Sequence record: SRR31156797_967
DNA length: 64,000 bases
Strand: one strand, 5' to 3'
Part shown: piece by piece, positions 9,331 to 19,568 of the stretch
Layout: the number at the start of each line of letters is the position of its first letter
How positions within the stretch are numbered: the stretch's first letter is position 1
Made by a program: the position numbers and the translations under genes
Notes under the pieces: generated by a model
Told to the model about the DNA's origin: nothing
Seen by the model: the letters and a program-made list of their open reading frames with translations, nothing else
Databases searched by the model: none

Positions 9331-10570
9331 TTATGAAATAGTAGTAATAGGAGGAGGTCCCGCTGGTTTAGCAGCCGCTATATCAGCTAAAGACAGCGGT
9401 GCAGGTAGTGTACTTATTATTGAACGTGATGTTCGCCTAGGTGGTATATTAAATCAATGCATTCACAATGGATTTGGCCTTCATTATTTTAAAGAAGAAT
9501 TAACAGGACCTGAATATGCACATAGATTCATTTCAATGTTACGTGAGAGAGATATTGATATTCAGCTGGACACAATGGTATTAGAAATAACAAAGGATAA
9601 GCAAGTCCATGCAGTAAATAAAAATGATGGATATTTTGTTACTAAGGCAAAGAACATTGTACTGGCTATGGGATGCAGGGAGAGAACAAGAGGTGCATTA
9701 AACATTGCAGGCTTTAGACCATCAGGTGTGTATACTGCAGGCGCAGCTCAGTATATGGTAAATATGCAGAGCCAGCTTCCAGGTAAAAAGGCTGTAATTT
9801 TAGGTTCTGGTGACATTGGATTGATTATGGCAAGGCGGATGACATGGGAAGGCGCAAAGGTTGAGATGGTATGCGAATTAATGCCATATTCTGCTGGACT
9901 CTCTAGAAATATTGCTCAATGCTTGGATGATAATGATATACCGCTGAAATTCAGCCATACAGTTGTAAAAATCCATGGTAAAGAGAGGCTGGAAGGCGTA
10001 ACAATTGCAAAAGTCAATGAAGAATTTAAGCCTATTAAAGAGACATTCAGATATGTTGAGTGTGATACGTTGCTATTATCTGTTGGTCTTATCCCTGAAA
10101 ACGAGCTGACAAATAATATAGGAGTCGATATGAATCCTATTACAAAGGGAGCCTTTGTTGATGAAACCAGACAAACAAGTATGGAGGGGATATTTGCCTG
10201 TGGTAATGTTCTCCATGTCCATGATTTAGTAGATAATGTAAGCGAAGAAGCGAAAATAGCAGGGCATTTTGCTGCAATGTATGCAAAGGAAGGTATTAAG
10301 AGGACAAGGAAGATTGAGGTAACAGCAGGAGACAACGTACGCTATGTACTGCCGAATACGATAACTACTGATATTGATGAAATCACTCTGTATTACAGAG
10401 TAACAAAAACCATTAAAGACGCTAAACTAGTAGTTGGAAATCAAAACAGTGATTTAAAAAATATAAAGAAAAGGATACAAACTCCCGGCGAAATGGAAAG
10501 TATTAAAATCAAGATACCAGATGATACAACTCATATTACACTTAGTATAATGGAGGGGCAAAATGAATAA
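9323..10570 (+). CDS. NAD(P)/FAD-dependent pyridine nucleotide-disulfide oxidoreductase
   Basis: GGGPAGL, GGILNQCIHNGFG, GSGDIGL, GNVLHVHDLVD; overlaps upstream gene. Confidence 0.9.
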   Translation: MNNYEIVVIGGGPAGLAAAISAKDSGAGSVLIIERDVRLGGILNQCIHNGFGLHYFKEELTGPEYAHRFISMLRERDIDIQLDTMVLEITKDKQVHAVNKNDGYFVTKAKNIVLAMGCRERTRGALNIAGFRPSGVYTAGAAQYMVNMQSQLPGKKAVILGSGDIGLIMARRMTWEGAKVEMVCELMPYSAGLSRNIAQCLDDNDIPLKFSHTVVKIHGKERLEGVTIAKVNEEFKPIKETFRYVECDTLLLSVGLIPENELTNNIGVDMNPITKGAFVDETRQTSMEGIFACGNVLHVHDLVDNVSEEAKIAGHFAAMYAKEGIKRTRKIEVTAGDNVRYVLPNTITTDIDEITLYYRVTKTIKDAKLVVGNQNSDLKNIKKRIQTPGEMESIKIKIPDDTTHITLSIMEGQNE

Positions 10571-10931
10571 AAAAAGACAATTTACATGTATAGTCTGTCC
10601 TGTAGGCTGTAATCTGGATGTGGAACTTAAAGGTGATAAAGTATTTGTTAGTGGTAATCAATGCAAACGAGGAGAAAACTACGCAGTAGATGAGGTAACG
10701 AATCCTAAGCGAATGGTTACATCATCTATTAGGGTTAATGGAGGTGACTTACCGTTGGTATCAGTTAAAACCAGTGTATCAATACCAAAAGGCAAAATTA
10801 AAGAAGTGCTATTTGCAATAAAAAAGGCTTCTTGTACAGCTCCTGTTAAGATTGGGGATGTAATTATCCCAAAGGCTGGAGATACTGATAGTGACGTTAT
10901 CGCAACAAGAAATGTTAATATTAGGGAATGA
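10563..10931 (+). CDS. DUF1667 (CxxC...C) small Fe-S/metal-binding subunit
   Basis: CIVCPVGC, GNQCKRG, P.RMVTSS, VSVKTS; usual third gene of this triad. Confidence 0.88.
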   Translation: MNKKRQFTCIVCPVGCNLDVELKGDKVFVSGNQCKRGENYAVDEVTNPKRMVTSSIRVNGGDLPLVSVKTSVSIPKGKIKEVLFAIKKASCTAPVKIGDVIIPKAGDTDSDVIATRNVNIRE

Positions 10932-11030
10932 GTGATAAAGATTATTTTTCAGTTAGAATATTTAAACTATATTGACTTTTATAAATATAGAACTATATAA
11001 TGGTGGGAATAATACATAACAGGTGTTCAT

Positions 11031-11490
11031 TTGTATAAAAAACTAATAAATAGTAAGAAAGTTTTTTATATTATAATACTAATATGTTTTTTGGTATTGT
11101 TATTAACAATGTATAAAGACTGGCACTTTACATATGAGATACCCAACTATTTGTTTTATTTATTAATTCTAACAATTGGTATATTGTTTACAACAATAGC
11201 GGCTTATTTCCTGCTATTACTTTTTAACAAGACTAGTTTTGTGAAATTGTAATGCAAATGTGGGAGAATGCAGCAAAATTTATTTACTATCAAGTATGGA
11301 AATATCTGGGGGATATTATGGTTTAGTATCTTTCCGATTGCCTTTATTCTCAATGCATATCTTATAAAAAATAACAGCTAAAGTGAAATGGTTTCCTTCA
11401 ATTGTTGTGACTATTACATCCTTTATTGTCAGTGTAGCAGCAGGTGCGCTGTTTAGTTCACTTACAGGAATTGATACTCCGGGCTCATAA
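11031..11490 (+). pseudogene. Multiply frameshifted membrane-protein gene
   Basis: 73-aa hydrophobic ORF continues in shifted frames: EIVMQMWENAAKFIYYQVWKYLG / ILWFSIFPIAFILNAYLIK / ITAKVKWFPSIVV...GIDTPGS*; shifts at T4, G5 and A6 runs. Confidence 0.55.
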
Positions 11491-11553
11491 GTATCTTTTC
11501 AATGTTATAGCATAGTTTTACTAGTAGAAAAAGTCAATATTTATGGGCGTGAT

Positions 11554-11583
11554 GTTTAAAAATTACGTAAAATGGAAACCCTA
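11554..11583 (+). promoter_or_regulatory. Putative SigF/SigG-type forespore promoter upstream of glucan synthase
   Basis: GTTTA-N15-GGAAACCCTA versus SigF consensus GYWTA-N15-GGnnAnAnTA; ends 30 bp before the ATG. Confidence 0.5.
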
Positions 11584-11613
11584 TATAAAGCGATTACATT
11601 AAAGAGGTGACTA

Positions 11614-14600
11614 ATGAAATCTTGGCTTTATATAGGGTTATTTGCTGTACTTTTAATCATTCTGATAATTACCGTTATCAGAGCAATCATTAGAGCAAGA
11701 AAAGAAAGGCTAATAAAAATCAATGAAATAAAAATAGAAAATGAAGATTTAGAGCAGATAGCACACAATCTATCCAGCACAATTACATATACTAATAAAT
11801 ATAAGAAGCTGGGATTCAAAAAAGAAATTAATCATGTTGTTTCTGGCTTCGGTAACTTTTTCGCTAAATTCAATCCTATACATGAGGATTCTATTACTGC
11901 GGCTAAATCCATAATTGACAATAGATTTTTGCTTACTAAGGCTGCAAATTCTCTAAATTCCATAAAAAAGAATAAATATAATCTTACCGCCAGAATAAAC
12001 ACTGATGATCCTATAGTCTCATATATTGCAAAGGAAATAATAGAAGTTACTGCATGTAATATTTCTTATGATAGTTTGGTTAGATTTCTAAAATCATATC
12101 AGCAGATTAGGGTAGTCAGCTACGAAGAGCTTTGCGTACTGATACCTATTATCAATCTTGAGCTTAGTAAAAAGCTGGTAGACATTATGAATTTCTCTGT
12201 AATGACTTCCAAAAAGTATGATCAGTGTGCAAAGATAATTGAGTATCTGGAGCAGAGTCCTGAATATTCACCTGAAATGAGAAAGAAGATACAACAGGCG
12301 ATAACTAAAAATCCTGAACAGGTAATAGCAAAGCTGTATATTGACGTATTGGATTCAACTCTTGTCAAGGATGATGTGGTAAATAAAATTGTTGAGCATT
12401 GCGAAGAGAACGAGATTGACCTTGACAAAATTGTAGAACAGCAGCAGCATATGCTGGCAGCGAAAGCAGTTATTGTAGATAATATCATAGCTTCGCTTTG
12501 GAACATTGACTCATTTAATTTCGATAGTATTTATAAAGAAGTATCATTGGTAGAGGAAGTACTAACTAAAGATCCGGCAGGTAAGTATAGCAATATGTCA
12601 CTAAAAACCAAGGAATACTATCGTCAGGAAATTGCCAGAGTATCCAGAAGACTAAAAATATCTGAACTGGATGTGGCAAATGCGGCACTACATGTATCTT
12701 CAAATGAAAATGAACATATCGGTATTTCATTATTAGGCGACCTGCGGGATGAAATGTATCATGTACTAGGAAAGAGACGTGCACCAAATAAGAAGAAAAA
12801 TTTTGGTATATATAAGCTGATAAAATTCGTTTGTACGGTTATTCTTACTGCTATTTATTCAATTTGTTCTTTTATTATGTCTTTTCAATTGATAAACAGC
12901 ATGATACTTGGAATTGTCATAATAATTCCTTTTTATCTGTATATAACAAAGATTATAAACAATCTTTATCAGCGTTCTTTGCCTGATATCGTTGTGCCTA
13001 TGATGGATTATAGAGAGCATGTACCGGATAGTGCAAAGACTCTGATTACAGTACCTGTATTAGGCATCAGCGGTGAACATCTACTGAAGGTGCTGGATCA
13101 TCTAAACCTAATTGCGGCCAATAATGGAACACAAAATATTTCTTATACTTTGCTTGTTGACTTTCCTGCATTATTAAATGAACAAGAGGAAAAGGATATA
13201 ATATCATTAATAGATGATAAAGTGAAGAAGCTAAACAGAGAGAAAAGTACTGATTATATTTATGTAATTTTTCGCAAAAAAACCTATAATCCTATTGCAA
13301 AGGAGTATATGGGACACGAAAGGAAACGAGGTGCAATATTAGCACTAAATGATTTTTTGCTTTTTGGTGACAGTGAAGAATTTTATAATAATAAACTTCC
13401 ATACAAATTAGAGAATATGCAATATGTCATTACTCTGGACGAGGATACAATGCTTCTTCCTGATGAGATTGTAAATATGATTGGTTCGATTGACCATCCA
13501 ATAAATAAGCCCGTTTATGAGGATAATAGAATTGTCCGCGGTGTATCAATTATGCAGCCAAAGATGCGTACAAAGCTGGAAGAAGCAAATACCAGCAAGT
13601 TCACCTTTTTGTTTTCCGGAGAAAAAGGTTATAGCAGATACTCCTCTGCAGCAAATGGACTGATGATGAAAGCTTTTGATACAGGTTTTTTCTATGGGAA
13701 AGGCATTTATCATATTGCAACCTTTCAGGAAATCTTAGTTGATAAATTTCGTGATAATACAATACTAAGTCATGATATTGTTGAAGGAGGCTTTGTTGGT
13801 GTAAAGGAGTGTGAAGCTACAGCATACGAGGGCTTTCCTAATAATATATTTTCATATTTTAAGCGAAAAGAACGCTGGATTCGAGGTGACTGGCAGTTAG
13901 TGCCGTATCTATTTCCTTTTATACGTAACAGAGATAAGAAAATAATCAGAAATACTACAGACAAAGTAACAAAGCATCAGATATTTCTAAATGCTATAAG
14001 TTCACTTATGAGCTTTGCATTGCTGGTTTCACTTGTCCTTTCAGTAGTGTTTGGTACTATTCAGCTCTTTGTAATATTCGTTTTCGGTGAATTTCTGCTA
14101 AAAATTCTTTATATGGTACTTAAAGATTTATTTATTTTTAGCAGAATTACAAAGCGAACAGTGGACATATTGGAGAAATACATACTAGATATCTGTATGC
14201 TTCCATATAGTGCTATGGTGGAGACGGGAGCAGTGTTAAGGGCATTGTTTAGAATGATGCTTAATAGAAAGAAGCTGCTTATGTGGTCTACAGCAGCACA
14301 ATCAAATACTAAGTCGAGGAAATTAGGCGGATATATTATAAAGATGTTTCCAAATGTAGTATTGACTGCTTTTTTTGCAGTTATGACCTATCTTGATTTT
14401 GACATGGCAGTGTATTATATACCTATAGGGCAGTTATACTTTTTTTCCATATCATTGGTTTATGTTAGTGACCTAGAAAATAAACATCATACCTATGAAC
14501 CAGACGAGGAAGATTCACATTTCATTGAGGGAATTATTGCACGAACATATAGGTATTTTGCTGATTTTACTGATGAAAACACTGGTCTTATTGCAGATAA

Positions 14601-17600
14601 TTATCAGTCATATGAAAATGTAGGGATTGCTCACAGAACATCCCCCACCAATATTGGTATGAGTTTTCTGGCGCATATAGTTGCGCTGGAGGATGGCTTA
14701 ATTAGTGAAGATGAATTTTTGGAAACTATAAGCAAGACAATTAAAACCATGTACAGCATGGAAAAATATAAAGGTCATTTCTATAATTGGTACTCAACAA
14801 CAGATGCAAAACCCATTGGAAATCGATATATCTCTTCTGTAGACAGTGGTAATCTGAAGCTGGCATTGCGTATATTGGAAAGGTATTTGCAGCAAAGTGA
14901 CATGGATACTGATGGATTGGAAATAAATGTATGGAAACTTGCCGAAGATATGGATTTTTCCTTTCTATATGATGAGAATGCAAAGCTCTTTTATGTTGGA
15001 TATGACTGGGACAGCGATCAGCTATGCAATTCTCACTATGATTTGCTAATGAGCGAAGCAAGGCAAATCAGTTTTTTGGAAGTTGCGGAGAACTACGTCT
15101 CACCAGAGCACTGGGCTAAACTTTCCAGAGACAGAAACTCAGCTAAAAAGCCAGTAATGATGTCTTGGGGAGGGTCAACATTTGAATACTTTATGCCTTA
15201 TTTATTTATTGATGTAAGCCCTTATTCGTTTGAATATAATACTCTGAGTAATTATATATTGGCTCAGGTTAAGCACTGTGATAAGTACAATGTTCCCTTT
15301 GGTATATCTGAGAGCGGTTATTATGAATTTGATACATTCTTAAATTATCAATATAAATCTTTTGGTGTACCCAGAACAGGAAATAAGCGAGGTGCGGGAG
15401 ATGAATTGGTGTGTTCGCCGTATTCTGCAGGTCTTATAATCAGTATGTATCCTAAATTGGCGATAAATACACTTATGGATTATGAAGAGCTGGGTATGCT
15501 GGGGTCATACGGATTCTATGAAGCAATTGACTTCACAGAATCCAGAATGAAATCACACAATGAATATGAAATAATAAAATCTTATATGGCACATCATCAG
15601 GGGATGATGCTATGCGGTGTATATAATTTTAAAAGGAGAGATTTTTTCAGAGATTTGTTTATGGGTATTGATAAATACCGAGGCTGTGCAGAAATGCTTA
15701 ATGAATCAATACCTCCATTATCAACGGGTAGAACAAAACCAATAGAATTTAAAAAACCGGATGGATATATACCGAATCTAATGTCTACAATTGGTGTTTA
15801 TAATAATACACATACGTACCAGCAGATAATCTGTCACTCAATGAGCAATCAACACTATTCACTCACCATAAATTCAAGAGGCTGCGGTTTGAGTAAGTTC
15901 AAGGATTTTGCCATTAATTCTGTGGACTTTGGAGGGAATACTGAAAGTGGAATTGGAGCATATATTTACGATAATAACAAAGTCTATGAATTTAACTATC
16001 TGGACGGTAAAATTAAGCCTGAAAGTCAGAATTGCATAATAAATATAAATTCAGTTTCAACAAAAGCTGTTTATAATGATTTTTCGCTAAGTCAGCTGGT
16101 ATATGTCAGTCAGTATCAGAATGCAGAAATCAGAAAGTATACTATTGTTAATACATCCTATGAAGCAAAGAAAGTCAGCTTATATATATACGAAGATATT
16201 GCCATATGCAAAATGGACAGGTACAGAGCTCACAGGGCATTCCAGAATCTATTTGTACAGTCCTTTGTTGATGATGATGTTCTTTACTTTTCTCGCAGAA
16301 AACGTGAAGAATGCGATGAAGGTATTGCAATGGGGTGGCATATTGTTACTGATGATAATACTAATCCTCAGTATGGCAATGATGCAGAAGAACTTTTGGG
16401 GCGATATCGTAAGAAATCAAACGCTCGGATGTTTGGTGATAACCTTAGTATCAAGAGCACAACTACCAATCCTGCTGCTTGTGTAAAGATAGATATTGAG
16501 CTTTTACCTGACGGAACTAGGGATATATATCTTGTTCAGTCCTGTAATCATTGTATTAATGAATGCAAAGACGATATCAGTATTTTGAATTCTGTTGCCA
16601 AGCTAAATGTGAACTATGAATTAAGCTACGCCAAGACTCGTGCCAGCTATAACTTCTCCTCAATGACTAATAGTCATATAGTATTTTTCAATAAATTACT
16701 TCCTATGATAGTCGCACCAAAAGAGTATAATAAGAAATCTTACCATGAGATAGAAAAAAACAGATTGAGCATCAGAGCACTATGGCGATTGGGTATATCA
16801 GGCGATTATCCGCTAACTATAATTGAAGTTGGAGATTATGAACATCTGCATAAGGTAGAACAGTTCCTGAAAGTTTACAAATTTATGTACTATAAGGGAA
16901 TTGTATATGATTTAATAATAATATGTGATGGCGATGAGGTGTACAACAATGATGTTATTCAGCAATTGATTGGTATTAGGAATGCATACTGCATAAATGA
17001 CGAAATGCTTAAATCTCATATTGTAATTTTGAATTATAATGATGTAATGGATAATGAATTAAACCTTCTAAAGGCTTTATCCAAGTGCTCATTCAATTGC
17101 TTGACACCGTTCACTACTCAGACAAACCCAGTGTATTATCCAAAGAAGACAAATATAATAATATCTCAAAGCAATGATGAAACAAAGCATAAGAATCTTA
17201 TCTGCTTTAACGGACTTGGTGGATTTACTGATAATGAAAGATTAGAGTATGTTGTGACTCCCAGTGGAAAGAATCCTACACCTGCACCTTGGTGTAATAT
17301 TTTAAGCCATGGTAAATTAGGAGCGATTTTAAGTGAAAAAGGCATATCATATATGTGGTATGTAAATAGCCGCCAAGTTCCTCTAACGCCTTGGTATAAT
17401 AACGCAGTAACCGATAAATGCGGAATGAGACTCCTAATAAATGATTTATCATACAATACTGCACTGATGAATATTGGTTATGCAGACAAAAGCAGCGGCA
17501 AGTGGTCAGTTCGCCACGGTATTGGATATACAGTGTATCAAAAGAGTGTAGACAGCGTAACAACTACTGTAACAGTGTTTATAGATAAGTATTCTGATAA

Positions 17601-19506
17601 CCTTGTACAGCTAATAAATATCGTTAATAATAGACTGAATGATATGCAGATAAGCGTTTTATCCGATGGTGATATTACATGTGGTGCAAGTACAGTTACC
17701 TATACTCTTACAAAAAATATAGGCATTGGCTTACTGATGAAAAACTATACTGCTGATCAGATAAACAATGAAATCATGTATCAGTATATTGTTGATTCTG
17801 AGGAGGAAAAACCTGAAAACATAGAAGGCAATTTCAAAAAGACTGATAATTTTGCAATTGAGAAGAAGTATCAGTTGTTTTCTCAAAAGAGTATAACATT
17901 AGCATTGATTACAGGAGTGTGTGCTGATGAAGGAGACTTTAAGAGCAATTATGTAAAGAATAATGTTGAAGACTATATTGAACTTCTAGACGACAATATT
18001 AAATATTGGCAGATGCGTACGCAGCCTTTCAAGATAACTACTCCAGTACAGTGTATGGACATTATGGCAAATGGATTCCTGCTATATCAGGTACAGGCAT
18101 CACGACTTTTTGGCAGATGCGGATATTATCAGGCTGGAGGTGCATATGGATTCCGAGATCAGCTTCAGGACAGCCTGGCAATGCTGTATATTGATCCTTT
18201 CTTTACTAGAAATATGCTGATAGATTTTGCAGGGCATCAATATATTGGCGGTGATGTACAGCACTGGTGGCATCCTCCATATAAAGGTGTTCGTACAAAA
18301 ATACGAGATGATATGCTGTTTTTACCCTATGTTTTGTGTGAATATATTGACTTTACCAATGATTACAGTATTCTTAGTCAGGAAGCAGTGTACCTAAAGA
18401 GTGTGGAAATCCCATCTAGTCATGACGACTATTATCATGATGCTATTCCTTCCGATGTAAAGGAAAGTATACTTGACCACTCACTTCGTGCTATAAACTG
18501 CGTATATTCTTTAGGTCAGAATGGTCTGCCATTGATGCATGGAGGCGACTGGAATGATGGTATGAACAAGGTAGGTATTATGGGCGAAGGAGAGAGCGTC
18601 TGGCTGGGAATTTTTCTATATGATGTTATCAATCGCATGGTCAAATTGCTTCGAGGTATACAAAAGGATGAAATGGCCGAAGAGTATCAGGAAAAAGCAC
18701 TAGTAATTAAGAAAGCATTGAACAATAGCGGATGGGACGGCAAATGGTACAAGCGTGCATTCTATGATAATGGTGAACCTCTGGGGTCAAAAGAAAACAC
18801 AGAATGCATGATTGACTGTTTATCTCAGGGCTGGGCAGTAATATCTGATATTGGCAGTAAGAAAAGACTGAATACTGCGATGAATTCAGTTCTTACACAT
18901 TTATATGATAAAGATATTAATATCATTAAGCTTTTGACACCGCCGTTTGAAAATGATAAAAATAATCCAGGATATATAAAAGGCTACGTTAAAGGAGTCA
19001 GAGAGAATGGCGGTCAGTACACTCATGCAGCAATTTGGGCACTAAAAGCATTAGCGAAGCTCAAGAGAGGCAAGGATGTTGGAAGAACACTCAATGCCTT
19101 GCTTCCACCTAACCATAGTGACAGCATAAAGAAGATGAAGCAGTACAAGGTGGAGCCATATGTTATGGCGGCAGATATCTATAGCTCAGAGGAGCTGGAA
19201 GGAAGAGGCGGCTGGACATGGTATACAGGAAGTGCAGCTTGGATGTATAATGTTATAGTTCAAGATGTGCTTGGCATTAGAATCCATGACGATAAGCTGA
19301 CAATCAACCCATGTATTGACCCTTTATGGGATAAATTTGCTGTTGAATTTAATTACTATGATTCTAAATATACTATAAGTATAAAGAACCCAAAAGGAAA
19401 AGTCAGCGGTATTTCCTACATGCTGCTTGATGCAAGGGAAGTTGATGGAGATACTATAGTACTGTCTAAGGATACAAAGGAGCATAGAGTGTACTGCATT
19501 ATGTAG
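11614..19506 (+). CDS. Cyclic beta-1,2-glucan synthase (NdvB/ChvB/Cgs-like): GT84 + cyclisation domain + GH94 phosphorylase
   Basis: GT motifs ERKRG, ITLDEDT, SHDIVEG, RWIRGDWQ with flanking TMs; RTSPTNIG, SEAR, SWGGSTFEY, GISES, YMAHHQGM; GH94 GFRDQLQD, GDWNDGMN, ENGGQYTH. Confidence 0.92.
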   Translation: MKSWLYIGLFAVLLIILIITVIRAIIRARKERLIKINEIKIENEDLEQIAHNLSSTITYTNKYKKLGFKKEINHVVSGFGNFFAKFNPIHEDSITAAKSIIDNRFLLTKAANSLNSIKKNKYNLTARINTDDPIVSYIAKEIIEVTACNISYDSLVRFLKSYQQIRVVSYEELCVLIPIINLELSKKLVDIMNFSVMTSKKYDQCAKIIEYLEQSPEYSPEMRKKIQQAITKNPEQVIAKLYIDVLDSTLVKDDVVNKIVEHCEENEIDLDKIVEQQQHMLAAKAVIVDNIIASLWNIDSFNFDSIYKEVSLVEEVLTKDPAGKYSNMSLKTKEYYRQEIARVSRRLKISELDVANAALHVSSNENEHIGISLLGDLRDEMYHVLGKRRAPNKKKNFGIYKLIKFVCTVILTAIYSICSFIMSFQLINSMILGIVIIIPFYLYITKIINNLYQRSLPDIVVPMMDYREHVPDSAKTLITVPVLGISGEHLLKVLDHLNLIAANNGTQNISYTLLVDFPALLNEQEEKDIISLIDDKVKKLNREKSTDYIYVIFRKKTYNPIAKEYMGHERKRGAILALNDFLLFGDSEEFYNNKLPYKLENMQYVITLDEDTMLLPDEIVNMIGSIDHPINKPVYEDNRIVRGVSIMQPKMRTKLEEANTSKFTFLFSGEKGYSRYSSAANGLMMKAFDTGFFYGKGIYHIATFQEILVDKFRDNTILSHDIVEGGFVGVKECEATAYEGFPNNIFSYFKRKERWIRGDWQLVPYLFPFIRNRDKKIIRNTTDKVTKHQIFLNAISSLMSFALLVSLVLSVVFGTIQLFVIFVFGEFLLKILYMVLKDLFIFSRITKRTVDILEKYILDICMLPYSAMVETGAVLRALFRMMLNRKKLLMWSTAAQSNTKSRKLGGYIIKMFPNVVLTAFFAVMTYLDFDMAVYYIPIGQLYFFSISLVYVSDLENKHHTYEPDEEDSHFIEGIIARTYRYFADFTDENTGLIADNYQSYENVGIAHRTSPTNIGMSFLAHIVALEDGLISEDEFLETISKTIKTMYSMEKYKGHFYNWYSTTDAKPIGNRYISSVDSGNLKLALRILERYLQQSDMDTDGLEINVWKLAEDMDFSFLYDENAKLFYVGYDWDSDQLCNSHYDLLMSEARQISFLEVAENYVSPEHWAKLSRDRNSAKKPVMMSWGGSTFEYFMPYLFIDVSPYSFEYNTLSNYILAQVKHCDKYNVPFGISESGYYEFDTFLNYQYKSFGVPRTGNKRGAGDELVCSPYSAGLIISMYPKLAINTLMDYEELGMLGSYGFYEAIDFTESRMKSHNEYEIIKSYMAHHQGMMLCGVYNFKRRDFFRDLFMGIDKYRGCAEMLNESIPPLSTGRTKPIEFKKPDGYIPNLMSTIGVYNNTHTYQQIICHSMSNQHYSLTINSRGCGLSKFKDFAINSVDFGGNTESGIGAYIYDNNKVYEFNYLDGKIKPESQNCIININSVSTKAVYNDFSLSQLVYVSQYQNAEIRKYTIVNTSYEAKKVSLYIYEDIAICKMDRYRAHRAFQNLFVQSFVDDDVLYFSRRKREECDEGIAMGWHIVTDDNTNPQYGNDAEELLGRYRKKSNARMFGDNLSIKSTTTNPAACVKIDIELLPDGTRDIYLVQSCNHCINECKDDISILNSVAKLNVNYELSYAKTRASYNFSSMTNSHIVFFNKLLPMIVAPKEYNKKSYHEIEKNRLSIRALWRLGISGDYPLTIIEVGDYEHLHKVEQFLKVYKFMYYKGIVYDLIIICDGDEVYNNDVIQQLIGIRNAYCINDEMLKSHIVILNYNDVMDNELNLLKALSKCSFNCLTPFTTQTNPVYYPKKTNIIISQSNDETKHKNLICFNGLGGFTDNERLEYVVTPSGKNPTPAPWCNILSHGKLGAILSEKGISYMWYVNSRQVPLTPWYNNAVTDKCGMRLLINDLSYNTALMNIGYADKSSGKWSVRHGIGYTVYQKSVDSVTTTVTVFIDKYSDNLVQLINIVNNRLNDMQISVLSDGDITCGASTVTYTLTKNIGIGLLMKNYTADQINNEIMYQYIVDSEEEKPENIEGNFKKTDNFAIEKKYQLFSQKSITLALITGVCADEGDFKSNYVKNNVEDYIELLDDNIKYWQMRTQPFKITTPVQCMDIMANGFLLYQVQASRLFGRCGYYQAGGAYGFRDQLQDSLAMLYIDPFFTRNMLIDFAGHQYIGGDVQHWWHPPYKGVRTKIRDDMLFLPYVLCEYIDFTNDYSILSQEAVYLKSVEIPSSHDDYYHDAIPSDVKESILDHSLRAINCVYSLGQNGLPLMHGGDWNDGMNKVGIMGEGESVWLGIFLYDVINRMVKLLRGIQKDEMAEEYQEKALVIKKALNNSGWDGKWYKRAFYDNGEPLGSKENTECMIDCLSQGWAVISDIGSKKRLNTAMNSVLTHLYDKDINIIKLLTPPFENDKNNPGYIKGYVKGVRENGGQYTHAAIWALKALAKLKRGKDVGRTLNALLPPNHSDSIKKMKQYKVEPYVMAADIYSSEELEGRGGWTWYTGSAAWMYNVIVQDVLGIRIHDDKLTINPCIDPLWDKFAVEFNYYDSKYTISIKNPKGKVSGISYMLLDAREVDGDTIVLSKDTKEHRVYCIM

Positions 19507-19568
19507 AACAATATTAGCAAGTGCTTTATTATTTATGATACAATAGTAAAAAACATTGGGGGAAAAAT

